Shown here in pieces: positions 1 through 10,525 of a stretch of DNA of 64,000 bases. This DNA comes from an uncultured Flavobacterium sp. (lineage in GTDB: Bacteria > Bacteroidota > Bacteroidia > Flavobacteriales > Flavobacteriaceae): contig CAYWVV010000008.1 in assembly GCA_964461805.1 (NCBI GenBank), positions 1,410 to 65,409 of the forward strand, read 5' to 3'. Below the pieces are notes generated by a model that was given only the letters and a program-made list of their open reading frames with translations, did no database searches and had not been told where the DNA came from. Position numbers and translations under genes: made by a program. Position 1 is the stretch's first letter. Every line of letters begins with the position of its first letter.

Positions 1-332
1 TGTTTGTATATTTTAATTTATTAAGATTTATAATGATTAAAGATTGGCCACAAGATATCGGTGGTAAACCATCTTTTGATTTTATTCAGAACATGCCAGC
101 TTTCGTTCCTGTTTTATTTGAAGGTACAGTTTTTTTTGCTGCGCATTTAATGGTTATTACTTTCTATATGAGAAGTAAATTATGGCCATTTAAAAAAGCT
201 GAAAACCCAGATGTAAGAACAACTGATGACCATTTTTTAATGGAAGTTGGGGTTCATGGAAATGAAGAAGAATTAGTTTCTTTCTTTAAAAACACAGGAG
301 CTGTTGAAGTTAAAGTAATTGAAAAGCATTAA
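1..332 (+). CDS. actD: Alternative complex III ActD-like membrane subunit (DUF3341 type), 5' end outside window
   Basis: Frame is open from nt 3 at the window edge through listed ORF 33..332, so the ATG at 33 is probably internal. One hydrophobic helix (VPVLFEGTVFFAAHLMVITFY) then a soluble tail. Followed directly by a mono-haem cytochrome c, an NrfD-like membrane protein and coxII/coxI, the ACIII-oxidase order known in Flavobacteria. Confidence 0.6.
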   Translation, partial: FVYFNLLRFIMIKDWPQDIGGKPSFDFIQNMPAFVPVLFEGTVFFAAHLMVITFYMRSKLWPFKKAENPDVRTTDDHFLMEVGVHGNEEELVSFFKNTGAVEVKVIEKH

Positions 333-337
333 TTAGT

Positions 338-898
338 ATGAAAAGTATTTTAAATATATTGACATTAGTAGGAGCATCTTTGCTAATGACATCTTGTTTT
401 GATAAATCTGCACCTAATTATCAGTTTTTTCCAAACATGTATGAACCTGTTTCTTATGAAACTTATGGAGAATCTAATGCTTTCAACTCACCAACAGGTG
501 AAAAAGGTAGAGTTAGTCAAATTCCACCATCAGGAACAATTAAGCAAGGTTTTGTACCTTACGAAATTCCAAATACACCTGAAGGATATGCAGCATCAAA
601 AGCGAATGTTTCCCCTTTAACTGCTGACCAAATTGATTCAGAAAGAGGAAAAGAATTGTTTACTATTTATTGTGCAATCTGTCATGGTGAAGCTGGAGAT
701 GGTAAAGGGAATTTAGTAAAAAGAGAAAAATTTCTAGGGGTGCCTAGTTATAAAGATAGAGTGATTACTACTGGTAGCGTGTTTCACGTGGTTACTTACG
801 GTTTAAACTCAATGGGTTCACATGCTAATCAGTTGTCAAAAGAAGAAAGATGGCAAGTTGCTGATTATGTTTTGAAACTAAAATCAGAATTAAAATAG
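338..898 (+). CDS. actE: Mono-haem cytochrome c lipoprotein, ACIII ActE-like
   Basis: Lipobox LLMTSC and a single CxxCH haem motif (CAICHGEAGDGKG). 5-nt gap to the upstream gene. ORF 399..620 is an out-of-frame overlap. Confidence 0.75.
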   Translation: MKSILNILTLVGASLLMTSCFDKSAPNYQFFPNMYEPVSYETYGESNAFNSPTGEKGRVSQIPPSGTIKQGFVPYEIPNTPEGYAASKANVSPLTADQIDSERGKELFTIYCAICHGEAGDGKGNLVKREKFLGVPSYKDRVITTGSVFHVVTYGLNSMGSHANQLSKEERWQVADYVLKLKSELK

Positions 899-925
899 TA
901 TTACTTTTTTGAAAAAAATAAAAAT

Positions 926-2473
926 ATGTACCAGTTTTCTAGTAGATTAAAAAGCTTTTCATTTGCCTTAATGGTATTAGGTATTTTAGGAATCGGTTAC
1001 GGTTTCTGGACTGCGCCTAAAACTAATGAAGATGTTGAAGCAATTTTAAAAGAGCAAGAAGCTCATCATGGTGGGGCACACCACGATACTCATGCAGCAG
1101 CCACTCATTCTGAAGCTACTCATGATGCACATGCAAATGTTGATGAACATGCTTCTCACGAAGCTACATCTCACAAAGCAGAAGGTGTTGATACTTTAAC
1201 ACATGAAGTAGCTCACGTAGCAGTTGATACTGCAGCTCATGCAGAAACAGATTCTATTGTAGAAGCAATTGCTCCTGTAGTAACTAATCATAAAAGTGAT
1301 GTTTACGTAAGTAAATTTCACAAAGAAAATGTGGATCACGCTGCAGAACATAAAGAACACGTTGAGCACGTAAAACATCAATTACAAAACAAACCTTGGT
1401 CTGCATTATATGTAGCATGTATTTTCTTTATGTTAATTGCAGTTGGTGCTTTAGCTTTCTATGCAATTCAATGGGTTGCACAAGCGGGTTGGTCTCCAAT
1501 TCTATTTAGAGTTATGGAGGGAATAACATCTTATGTATTGCCTGGTTCTATTATATTTTTCGTATTATTATTGTTGGCAGGTTTCCATTTCAATCACATG
1601 TTTACATGGATGGCAGATGGTATAGCAGATCCTAAAAGCGAAAATTATGATCACATAATAGCTGGTAAAACTGGGTTTTTAAATGTGCCTTTTTTCTTAA
1701 TTAGAGCTGTAATTTTCTTGTTTGGTTGGAATTTATTCAGATACGTTTCAAGAAAGAATTCTATCAAATTAGATCAAACTAGAGATCAGTCATTCTTTAG
1801 AAAAAACTATAATGCGGCTGCGATGTTCTTAGTTTTCTTTATTGTTTCAGAATCTATGATGTCTTGGGATTGGATTATGTCTGTTGATCCACACTGGTAT
1901 AGTACTTTATTCGGATGGTATGTATTTGCAAGTTTCTTTGTAAGTGGTATTACAGTTATTGCTTTAACTACTATTTATTTAAAAAACAAAGGATTATTGC
2001 CTGAAGTTAATAAATCTCATTTACATGATTTAGCTAAATTTATGTTTGGTATCAGTGTATTCTGGACATACTTATGGTTCTCACAATTTATGTTAATGTG
2101 GTATTCTAATATTCCTGAAGAAGTTACTTATTTTGTAACTCGTATTGAAAACTATAATTTACCTTTCTTTGGAATGGTAGTTATGAATTTCGTTTTCCCT
2201 TTATTAATATTAATGAATGCCGATTTCAAACGCCTTCAATGGGTTGTTGTTATGGCAGGTATTGTAATATTAGCAGGTCACTATGTTGATTTCTTCAACA
2301 TGATTATGCCTGCAACTGTTGGTGATCAATGGTTTATTGGTGTCTCTGAAATAAGTTCAGTACTTTTCTTCGCTGGATTGTTTATTTTTGTTGTGTTCAC
2401 TGCATTAACAAAAGCTCCTTTATCGTCTGACGGAAATCCATATATAGAAGAAAGCAAACATTTTCATTATTAA
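926..2473 (+). CDS. actF: ACIII ActF-like polytopic quinol-oxidoreductase membrane subunit with His-rich N-terminal loop
   Basis: 515 aa with many hydrophobic helices after residue ~165. Located between the cytochrome c gene and coxII. The N-terminal helix is followed by a ~110-aa His/Ala/Thr/Glu-rich low-complexity segment. Confidence 0.7.
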   Translation: MYQFSSRLKSFSFALMVLGILGIGYGFWTAPKTNEDVEAILKEQEAHHGGAHHDTHAAATHSEATHDAHANVDEHASHEATSHKAEGVDTLTHEVAHVAVDTAAHAETDSIVEAIAPVVTNHKSDVYVSKFHKENVDHAAEHKEHVEHVKHQLQNKPWSALYVACIFFMLIAVGALAFYAIQWVAQAGWSPILFRVMEGITSYVLPGSIIFFVLLLLAGFHFNHMFTWMADGIADPKSENYDHIIAGKTGFLNVPFFLIRAVIFLFGWNLFRYVSRKNSIKLDQTRDQSFFRKNYNAAAMFLVFFIVSESMMSWDWIMSVDPHWYSTLFGWYVFASFFVSGITVIALTTIYLKNKGLLPEVNKSHLHDLAKFMFGISVFWTYLWFSQFMLMWYSNIPEEVTYFVTRIENYNLPFFGMVVMNFVFPLLILMNADFKRLQWVVVMAGIVILAGHYVDFFNMIMPATVGDQWFIGVSEISSVLFFAGLFIFVVFTALTKAPLSSDGNPYIEESKHFHY

Positions 2474-2496
2474 TAATTAATTAACGAAATAAACAA

Positions 2497-3657
2497 ATGA
2501 ACGGTTTATTGATACTTTTAATCATAGTTTTATTAGGTGTTGCAGCATGGCAATTATCTAAGATATTTAGTCTAACGCAATTAGGAACAAAAAGAGATGA
2601 CTCTGGTGTTGCTAATGATAGAGACAACAATATAAATGGATATTTAATGTTTGCGTTTGTAGCATTTATATACATAGTTACAATTATTTCTTTTGTTAAA
2701 TGTGGAAGTTTCGTATTAAGTACGCCAGCTTCTGAGCATGGTAAAGAAGTAGATAGTTTAATGAACATTTCGATGGTAATTATCTTCATTGTTCAAACTC
2801 TAACTCAGTTTTTATTACACTATTTTGCTTTTAAATATAGAGGTAAAGAAGGTCAGAAAGCATTATATTTTGCAGATAACAATAAATTAGAAGCCATTTG
2901 GACTATTATTCCTGTTATCGTTTTAGCAGTTTTAATTCTTTACGGATTATATACTTGGAACCAAATTATGTATGTTGACGAAGATGAAGAAGTAATCAAT
3001 ATTGAATTATATGCAAAACAATTTGCTTGGGAAGCACGTTATTCAGGTGATGATAATACTTTAGGTAAAGCCAATGTACGTTATATTAAAGATGTAAATA
3101 CTTTAGGTGTTGACATGTCTGATAAAGCATCACAAGATGATAAAGTTGTAGCAGAAATACATTTACCAGTAGGTAAGAAAATTCATTTCAGAATGCGTTC
3201 TCAAGATGTTTTACACTCTGCTTACATGCCTCATTTTAGAGCACAAATGAACTGTGTTCCTGGTATGGTAACTGAATTTGCTTTTGTTCCTACACTTACA
3301 ACTGCGGAAATGCGTGGTACAGCTATGATGATGAAAAAAGTAGATGGTATTAATAAAATTAGAGCTAAAAAATCTCAGGCATTAGTTGCGGAAGGTAAAC
3401 CAGCTTTAGAACCATATACATTTGATTACTTATTATTATGTAATAAAATTTGTGGTGCTTCTCACTATAACATGCAATTGAAAATTATTGTAGAGTCTGA
3501 AGCAGATTACAAAAAATGGTTAGCGTCTCAAAAAACTCTTGCGGCTACAATTAAAGAAGCTAATGCTCCTAAAGTTGATCCAGCACTAGCTCCAGATGCA
3601 GCTAAAGTTATAGTAGACTCTACTAAAACTATGGCAGAAGTAGTAGCAAAAAAATAA
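2497..3657 (+). CDS. ctaC: Cytochrome c oxidase subunit II
   Basis: Two N-terminal TM helices. Cupredoxin part has HSAYMPHFRAQMNCVPG and the CuA-type CNKICGASHYNM (CxxxCxxxHxxM). Directly upstream of coxI. Confidence 0.85.
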   Translation: MNGLLILLIIVLLGVAAWQLSKIFSLTQLGTKRDDSGVANDRDNNINGYLMFAFVAFIYIVTIISFVKCGSFVLSTPASEHGKEVDSLMNISMVIIFIVQTLTQFLLHYFAFKYRGKEGQKALYFADNNKLEAIWTIIPVIVLAVLILYGLYTWNQIMYVDEDEEVINIELYAKQFAWEARYSGDDNTLGKANVRYIKDVNTLGVDMSDKASQDDKVVAEIHLPVGKKIHFRMRSQDVLHSAYMPHFRAQMNCVPGMVTEFAFVPTLTTAEMRGTAMMMKKVDGINKIRAKKSQALVAEGKPALEPYTFDYLLLCNKICGASHYNMQLKIIVESEADYKKWLASQKTLAATIKEANAPKVDPALAPDAAKVIVDSTKTMAEVVAKK

Positions 3658-3686
3658 ATCAAGATTCAAAAAATAATATAATTATT

Positions 3687-5453
3687 ATGTCACACGATCA
3701 CGGTCATCATAAAGACACTTTCATTACTAAATATATTTTTAGTATTGACCATAAAATGATTGCTAAGCAGTACCTAATTTCAGGTTTATTAATGGGAATC
3801 ATAGGGGTAGTTTTATCTTTGTTTTTCAGAATGCAAATTGCATGGCCTGAAGAATCTTTTGAAGTCTTTAAAATTTTCTTAGGTGAAAAAATGGCTCCAG
3901 GTGGAGTTATGAGAAATGATATTTACTTAGCTTTAGTAACGATACATGGTACAATCATGGTATTCTTCGTTTTAACTGCTGGTTTATCTGGAACCTTTAG
4001 TAACTTATTAATTCCATTGCAAATTGGTGCGCGAGATATGGCGTCAGGTTTCATGAATATGTTATCCTTTTGGATGTTCTTCGTTTCATGTATTATCATG
4101 ATTTCATCTTTATTTGTAGAATCAGGTCCTGCATCTGCAGGTTGGACAATTTATCCGCCGCTTTCTGCTATTGAAGAAGCTATTCCTGGGTCTGGTATGG
4201 GTATGACTTTATGGTTAGTATCTATGGCTATTTTCATCGCATCTTCATTAATGGGATCTTTAAATTATATCGTAACTGTTATTAATTTAAGAACTAAAGG
4301 GATGACAATGACTAGATTGCCTCTTACAGTTTGGGCTTTCTTTGTAACTGCTATTATTGGAGTTATTTCTTTCCCAGTATTGTTCTCTGCAGCATTATTA
4401 TTAATTTTCGACAGAAGTTTTGGAACTTCTTTCTACTTGTCTGATATTTTCATTAAAGGTGAAGTTTTACATTACCAAGGTGGTTCTCCAGTTTTATTCG
4501 AGCACTTATTCTGGTTCTTAGGTCACCCTGAAGTATATATCGTATTATTACCAGCTTTAGGAATTACGTCTGAAGTAATTGCAACTAACTCTAGAAAACC
4601 TATTTTCGGTTACAGAGCCATGATTGCTTCTATTATAGCAATTGCATTCTTATCTACAATCGTTTGGGGTCACCACATGTTTATTTCAGGTATGAATCCA
4701 TTCTTAGGTTCTGTATTTACATTTACAACCTTATTAATTGCAATTCCATCTGCTGTAAAAGCGTTTAACTATATTACGACACTTTGGAAAGGGAATTTAC
4801 AATTAAACCCTGGAATGTTATTCTCAATCGGTTTAGTTTCTACTTTCATTACTGGAGGTTTAACCGGAATCATTTTAGGAGACAGTACTTTGGATATTAA
4901 CGTGCATGATACGTATTTCGTAGTAGCGCATTTCCACTTAGTAATGGGTATTTCAGCATTATACGGATTCTTCGCTGGGGTGTACCACTGGTTCCCAAGA
5001 ATGTTCGGAAGAATGATGAACAAAACATTAGGATATATTCACTTCTGGGTTACTGCAGTTTGTGCTTACGGAGTTTTCTTCCCAATGCACTTTATTGGAA
5101 TGGCTGGTTTACCAAGAAGATATTATACAAACACTAACTTCCCATTATTTGATGAGTTAGCTGATACTAACATCTTAATTACTGTATTTGCTTTAGTAGG
5201 AGCAGCATTCCAATTGGTTTTCTTCTGGAACTTCTTCTACAGCATTTTCAAAGGTAAAAAAGCACCAATGAATCCATGGCGTTCTACTACTTTAGAGTGG
5301 ACAGCTCCAGTAGAACATATTCACGGAAACTGGCCAGGTGAATTACCTACAGTACACCGTTGGCCATATGACTACAGTAAGCCAGGTCATGATGAAGATT
5401 TTGTGCCGCAAACTACACCAATGAAAGAAGGTGAAGTTGAGTTACATCACTAG
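3687..5453 (+). CDS. ctaD: Cytochrome c oxidase subunit I
   Basis: 588 aa, 12-TM haem-copper oxidase signature stretches (WFLGHPEVYIVLLPALG, HHMF, VVAHFHLVM). Confidence 0.95.
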   Translation: MSHDHGHHKDTFITKYIFSIDHKMIAKQYLISGLLMGIIGVVLSLFFRMQIAWPEESFEVFKIFLGEKMAPGGVMRNDIYLALVTIHGTIMVFFVLTAGLSGTFSNLLIPLQIGARDMASGFMNMLSFWMFFVSCIIMISSLFVESGPASAGWTIYPPLSAIEEAIPGSGMGMTLWLVSMAIFIASSLMGSLNYIVTVINLRTKGMTMTRLPLTVWAFFVTAIIGVISFPVLFSAALLLIFDRSFGTSFYLSDIFIKGEVLHYQGGSPVLFEHLFWFLGHPEVYIVLLPALGITSEVIATNSRKPIFGYRAMIASIIAIAFLSTIVWGHHMFISGMNPFLGSVFTFTTLLIAIPSAVKAFNYITTLWKGNLQLNPGMLFSIGLVSTFITGGLTGIILGDSTLDINVHDTYFVVAHFHLVMGISALYGFFAGVYHWFPRMFGRMMNKTLGYIHFWVTAVCAYGVFFPMHFIGMAGLPRRYYTNTNFPLFDELADTNILITVFALVGAAFQLVFFWNFFYSIFKGKKAPMNPWRSTTLEWTAPVEHIHGNWPGELPTVHRWPYDYSKPGHDEDFVPQTTPMKEGEVELHH

Positions 5454-5463
5454 AATATAAAAA

Positions 5464-5495
5464 CAAAAAAGTCCCAATTTTAATTGGGACTTTTT
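5464..5495. terminator. Bidirectional rho-independent terminator between convergent coxI and SNF2 genes
   Basis: aaaaaagtcccaatt/aattgggactttttt is a perfect inverted repeat flanked by A-run and T-run. Confidence 0.7.
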
Positions 5496-5510
5496 TGTTT
5501 TTATATTTTA

Positions 5511-8366
5511 TTAAATCAGGGTTTCAATTGTATCAAATATTTCGTTAGTTACATCCAAGTCTATATCAAATATAGAAGTTCCTACTATTTTCTTTTTTTC
5601 TTGAAGTTTTATTATTTTTTCTTCAATTGTGTCCTTTGTTATAAATCGTAATACAGTTACTTTTTCAGTTTGGCCCATTCTATGTGCTCTTGATAAAGCT
5701 TGGTTTTCCTTGTAAGGATTCCACCAAGGATCTAAGAATATCACATAGCTTGCTTGTGTAAGATTTAACCCTGTTTCTCCAGCTTTTAACGATATAAAAA
5801 ACAAATTTGGTTGTTCTCTATGTTGAAAGTTATAAACTAATTGTTCTCTTGTTTCTTTTTTTGTTTTTCCTGTCAATGTTTGATAGCTAATTTTGTTTTC
5901 TTTACACCATTTTTCATATATCGCAATATGCTTTACAAATGAACTAAAAAGCAATACTTTTTTATTTTTGGCTATGAGTACATTTATTTTATTTGTAATT
6001 TCAATAAATTTTCCTGAATCTATTTCAGATTTTTCATCGATTAATTTGGGATGATTACTCCAGTGTCGTAACCTAAGTAACGATTTTAAAATTTGTATGC
6101 GATCTGGTTTGTCTTTATCTATTGATAATAGTGAATTTCTGGCTTTAGATTTTTCTTTTTCATATTCTTTCGCTTGTTCTAAACTCATTTCACAGTATAT
6201 GATTTGTTCTGTTTTTTCAGGGAGTTCATGTAATACTTCCTCTTTTGTTCTCCGTAAAATAAATGGATTCAATATTTTCTTCAATTCATTTAACGTGTTT
6301 TCATCCTGCTTTTTTTCAATAGGATCTAAATAGTTTTTTTTAAAATATCCAAAATTTCCTAAGATGTCTTGGTTAATTAATTGCATTTGTGACCATATAT
6401 CAGACAAAGAGTTTTCAATTGGAGTTCCACTTAATATGATTTTTTGTAAAGCTGGAATAGACTCTAAGTTTTTATATGAAATAGATTCTTTGTTTTTTAT
6501 ATTTTGACTTTCATCTACAATAATAAAATTAAAGTTTACTTTCATCAGTTCTTTCACATCTTTGTTCAGTGTGCCATAAGTTGTGAAAACTAAATCATAG
6601 TTTTTAAGCTTGTTGATAATAGTTTTTCTTGTAGGACCAAAATACGTTATGCAATGAAAAAACGAAGTAAATTTTTTACTCTCTTGGTACCAGTTAAATA
6701 ATAATGATTTTGGTGCTACAATTAACGCTTTTATTTTTGTTTTTTGTGGTTCTATTGTAGCAAACAAATCAGTCACTATAGTTGAATTTGTTTCCGATTT
6801 TAATAAATTGTTTTCTTGTATTGTGGCTAAAAAACTTAAAATTTGTATTGTTTTTCCCAAACCCATATCATCGGCCAAACAAGCTCCATATCCATTTTGA
6901 AACAATTGTAGTAACCAATGTACTCCTTTTTCTTGATAGGGACGTAATGTGGCGTTTATAGTGCTAGCTATTGGTAGGTTTTCCAGTTTTTCTATTGAAT
7001 AATCTGTGTTTTCTAGTAATGCTACTTTTGTTTTCGCTAAGGTTGTTGTTTCCTCAGAAGTTACAACCAAATGTTTCACTAATGAACTGTATTTACTAAA
7101 CCATTCTTCTGGAATCATAAATATACTTTGGTCAGGAAGTTCGAAAGTATATTTTTTCTGTTCGAGATATGGAATAAACTTTGCAAATGGAATCGTAAAA
7201 TCTCCTATGGTGACTCCGATTTTTACATCAAACCAATCATTTTTTTCTACAACTTGTGTTTGAATTTGATAAGCTGCTGCATTGATTTTCTTGGTCCCAT
7301 ATAAAAAGGTTCCAATAGTAAAATTATAGTTTTCTAATGTTTTTTTATGAATTTCTAGATATTGATATAAAGAATTTGTAGTAGAAGTTAAGTGCCATTT
7401 TTCTTGTTTTGTATCTTTAAATTCAAAGTTGTTTAATAAAGTAATTTGTGCAGCTTCTTCTAATTTATTTCGTTCTGTAAGAGTGACTTTGATTTCCTCA
7501 TTTTCAAAATCAATAGAAACTTGTTTTTGTCGTTTTTCTTCCGAACTAAATCGTACATCGTGATAACCAAATTCTAAATAAAAATAAGGTTTGTTTTTAA
7601 AGAAATCTACTTCAGTAACTATCGTACAAGTAGTAAGTGTGTTTTGATGGATAATTTCAAATCCATTGGTTTGAATGGCAACTTTTTGAACTATATCTTT
7701 TATAAATGTATTAAAATAAGAGGCTAAAATGCGTTGCGGAACCTCAATTGTAGTTTTGTTTAAAAAAGGTTTTAACTTATTAGTATTAATATTTTTTAAA
7801 AGGACTAATTCTGAGTTTAATACAAACCAAAAGGTAGTGTTTGTAAGTAAATGAATCGTTACTTCACAAGGAACAATCGTTTCGTTTTCCTGTTGTAAAT
7901 ACAATTCATACGATAAACCATCTTCTTTTTTATTGAAATGTAAACTTACATCATACTCTTTTTCCGTGTAAGTTATTTTTTTAGATATAAAATCTTTTTC
8001 GTGAAACAGATTTAAAGTAAGTTGAATTTGTTGCCCTTTTGCAAGCACAAGTAATTCATCAATACGATCATCTAAATATTGGAAATAAAAAGTAGCTAAC
8101 GATTTATCTTCCAAGAAAGACCCTTTTTTGACTTTCTTGTTAAATCGCTCTAGTAGTTTTTCGGGTTGTAAAAGCGTCAGAATTTCGAATATTCTGGAGA
8201 TTTCTTTACTAATTTGCTTCGGTTCTATTCCAAAATGTTGTAAAACCTCAGGTGTAGCTTTTTTTTCTATATACCTGAATTCCTTTGTGTGGTTGATATA
8301 TAGTGTAGGCAAATACGCTTTAAGTTCTTGATGATAAGAAAAATCAAGAATAAAAAAATAATCCAT
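5511..8366 (-). CDS. SNF2-family DEAD/H helicase with ~470-aa uncharacterised N-terminal region
   Basis: LADDMGLGKT (motif I), IIVDESQNIKN (motif II), LSGTPIEN (III), QALSRAHRMGQ (VI). The N-terminal half has no motif I recognise. Confidence 0.85.
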   Translation of the reverse strand: MDYFFILDFSYHQELKAYLPTLYINHTKEFRYIEKKATPEVLQHFGIEPKQISKEISRIFEILTLLQPEKLLERFNKKVKKGSFLEDKSLATFYFQYLDDRIDELLVLAKGQQIQLTLNLFHEKDFISKKITYTEKEYDVSLHFNKKEDGLSYELYLQQENETIVPCEVTIHLLTNTTFWFVLNSELVLLKNINTNKLKPFLNKTTIEVPQRILASYFNTFIKDIVQKVAIQTNGFEIIHQNTLTTCTIVTEVDFFKNKPYFYLEFGYHDVRFSSEEKRQKQVSIDFENEEIKVTLTERNKLEEAAQITLLNNFEFKDTKQEKWHLTSTTNSLYQYLEIHKKTLENYNFTIGTFLYGTKKINAAAYQIQTQVVEKNDWFDVKIGVTIGDFTIPFAKFIPYLEQKKYTFELPDQSIFMIPEEWFSKYSSLVKHLVVTSEETTTLAKTKVALLENTDYSIEKLENLPIASTINATLRPYQEKGVHWLLQLFQNGYGACLADDMGLGKTIQILSFLATIQENNLLKSETNSTIVTDLFATIEPQKTKIKALIVAPKSLLFNWYQESKKFTSFFHCITYFGPTRKTIINKLKNYDLVFTTYGTLNKDVKELMKVNFNFIIVDESQNIKNKESISYKNLESIPALQKIILSGTPIENSLSDIWSQMQLINQDILGNFGYFKKNYLDPIEKKQDENTLNELKKILNPFILRRTKEEVLHELPEKTEQIIYCEMSLEQAKEYEKEKSKARNSLLSIDKDKPDRIQILKSLLRLRHWSNHPKLIDEKSEIDSGKFIEITNKINVLIAKNKKVLLFSSFVKHIAIYEKWCKENKISYQTLTGKTKKETREQLVYNFQHREQPNLFFISLKAGETGLNLTQASYVIFLDPWWNPYKENQALSRAHRMGQTEKVTVLRFITKDTIEEKIIKLQEKKKIVGTSIFDIDLDVTNEIFDTIETLI

Positions 8367-8379
8367 TATGAAAAAAAGC

Positions 8380-9732
8380 TTAAATTCCTAAAACCAATCT
8401 TGCAATTGAAAAGTAAATGATAATTCCCATAATGTCATTACTAGTTGTAATAAATGGGCCAGTGGCTAATGCTGGATCGATACCGTATTTGTCTAATACA
8501 ATTGGAATAAATGTTCCAACTAGTGAAGCAATTACAATAACCGTTAATAAAGCCACAGAAACGGTAATTCCTATAAGGAAAGGATAGCCAAGTAGGAAAT
8601 GGCTACCAAGTATTAAAATACCGGCTAAAATGCTTCCGTTTAATAAGCTTAACGATAATTCTTTTAACAATCGGTTCCACAAACTTCCATTAATAGAATT
8701 ATTAGCCAAACCTTGTACGACAATCGCACTCGATTGTACACCTACATTTCCAGCCATTGCCGCAATTAATGGTGTAAAAAACAAAATCGTTCTATGGCCT
8801 TCCATAGTTGGTTCAAAAATACTTAAAACCTTTACCGAAATAAATCCACCAAATAAAGCTAAAACTAACCAAGGCAAACGTGCTTTAGTTAATTCAAAAA
8901 TGCTATCATCCGCTTCAACATCTTGCGAAATACCGGCTGCTAATTGGTAATCTTTATCCGCTTCTTCTTTTATAATATCGATAATGTCATCAATCGTAAC
9001 TCTTCCTACCAATCTGCCTAATTCATCTACAACAGGAATGGCTTCCAAGTCATATTTTTGCATGATTCTTGCTACTTCTACATCTTTAGTTTCTACGCGA
9101 ACGTAATCTACTTTTTTAATATAAATATCGCCAATTTGTGTTTTAGTAGAAGTTGTTAATAAATCTTTCAAAGACAAACGCCCTTTCAAACGATCTTCAT
9201 CATCGACTACATAAATCGAATGTACTCGAGTCACATTTTCTGCTTGATGACGCATTTCTTTCACGCAAGTTAACACATTCCAGTTTTCGTTGACTTTCAC
9301 TAATTCTTTTGCCATAATACCACCAGCGGTATTTTCATCATAACGTAAAAGGTCAACAATATCTTTAGCGTGCTCAACATCTTCTAACTCCGAAATTACC
9401 TGAGCTTTTTTAGATTGTGGTAACTCGGCAATAATATCCGCCGCGTCATCCGTATCTAATTCGTCAAGTTCTTCTGCAATTTCTTTGGCTGATAAACTTC
9501 GTAAAATGTTTTCACGAACTTCCTCATCCAATTCTAGTAATATTTCTGCGGTAATTTCTGAATCTAATAAGTTGAAAAGATAAATGGCTTCGGAAGTATC
9601 CAAATCATTCATAATTTCCGCTATATCAGCAAAGTGAATTTCATGCAAAATCGTTTCCAACTCAACAATGTTATTTTGTTGAATTAAATCCTCAATTTGT
9701 GTGATAAGTTCTTTACTGATTTTAAATTCCAT
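8380..9732 (-). CDS. mgtE: Magnesium transporter MgtE
   Basis: Acidic N-domain, CBS pair, and C-terminal 5-TM domain with [15 protein letters not shown] and [12 protein letters not shown] motifs. Confidence 0.9.
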   Translation of the reverse strand: MEFKISKELITQIEDLIQQNNIVELETILHEIHFADIAEIMNDLDTSEAIYLFNLLDSEITAEILLELDEEVRENILRSLSAKEIAEELDELDTDDAADIIAELPQSKKAQVISELEDVEHAKDIVDLLRYDENTAGGIMAKELVKVNENWNVLTCVKEMRHQAENVTRVHSIYVVDDEDRLKGRLSLKDLLTTSTKTQIGDIYIKKVDYVRVETKDVEVARIMQKYDLEAIPVVDELGRLVGRVTIDDIIDIIKEEADKDYQLAAGISQDVEADDSIFELTKARLPWLVLALFGGFISVKVLSIFEPTMEGHRTILFFTPLIAAMAGNVGVQSSAIVVQGLANNSINGSLWNRLLKELSLSLLNGSILAGILILGSHFLLGYPFLIGITVSVALLTVIVIASLVGTFIPIVLDKYGIDPALATGPFITTSNDIMGIIIYFSIARLVLGI

Positions 9733-10498
9733 CGGCAGCTATTTTTTGAGTCAAAGCAATGAATTCTTCAACTGACAATTGTTCTGGTCTTTGTGCAAAT
9801 ATAATATCTTCTTGTAATTTATCTGATAAATTTAAAGTTTTTAAACTGTTGCGTAAGGTTTTTCTTCTCTGTTGAAAAGCAGTTTTTACCACTTTAAATA
9901 AAAGTTTTTCATCACAAGGCAGTTCGTAGTTCTCTTTTCGTGTCATTCGCATCACACCAGAATCAACTTTTGGTGGCGGATTAAACACGGTTGGAGGAAC
10001 TGTAAATAAGTATTCTACATCATAAAAAGCTTGCGCCAATACAGATAAAATCCCATACACTTTACTTCCTTTTTTGCTACAAATTCGCTCCGCAACTTCT
10101 TTTTGAAACATACCAGAAAATTCCGGAATTTGGTCTCTCAGCTCCAAAGTTTTAAACACAATTTGTGTAGAAATATTATATGGAAAATTTCCAATAATAG
10201 CAAATTGCTCGTTTTTAAAAGCCGTTTGCCAATCGTGACGTAAAAAATCTAAAGAAAAAATATTATTCGCCAATTTTAAATAATGCGCTTGTAAATAATC
10301 AACAGATTCTTTGTCAATTTCTACCACAAAAGTTTCGTATGGTTTTTCCAATAAGTATTTGGTTAAAACACCCATTCCCGGACCAATTTCTAATACTTTC
10401 TTATAGTTAGAGCCAACCAAAGAATCGGCAATTTGTTGCGCAATGCTTTCATCCGTAAGGAAATGCTGACCTAAATGTTTTTTGGCTTTAACTGACAT
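9722..10498 (-). CDS. rsmA: 16S rRNA (adenine1518/1519-N6)-dimethyltransferase
   Basis: [11 protein letters not shown]-binding [18 protein letters not shown]. 11-nt overlap with mgtE. Confidence 0.9.
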   Translation of the reverse strand: MSVKAKKHLGQHFLTDESIAQQIADSLVGSNYKKVLEIGPGMGVLTKYLLEKPYETFVVEIDKESVDYLQAHYLKLANNIFSLDFLRHDWQTAFKNEQFAIIGNFPYNISTQIVFKTLELRDQIPEFSGMFQKEVAERICSKKGSKVYGILSVLAQAFYDVEYLFTVPPTVFNPPPKVDSGVMRMTRKENYELPCDEKLLFKVVKTAFQQRRKTLRNSLKTLNLSDKLQEDIIFAQRPEQLSVEEFIALTQKIAADGI

Positions 10499-10525
10499 AT
10501 AATTTTATTTTTTATTCTTAAACTT

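Noticed and set aside
1196-1381. Antisense ORF (61 aa) inside actF
   Set aside because: It lies opposite the His-rich low-complexity coding segment and its Cys/Phe/Tyr-rich sequence is typical of an antisense artefact. The same reasoning applies to 399..620, 2481..2789, 4769..5023, 6097..6333, 7006..7263, 8128..8331, 8630..8950, 11920..12156 and 15115..15309.
3439-3474. CoxII CuA site reads CNKICGASHYNM rather than the textbook C-x-E-x-C
   Set aside because: The Cys, His and Met ligands are all present. Replacement of the bridging Glu is probably lineage-typical for Bacteroidetes, and I cannot show it is unusual without an alignment.
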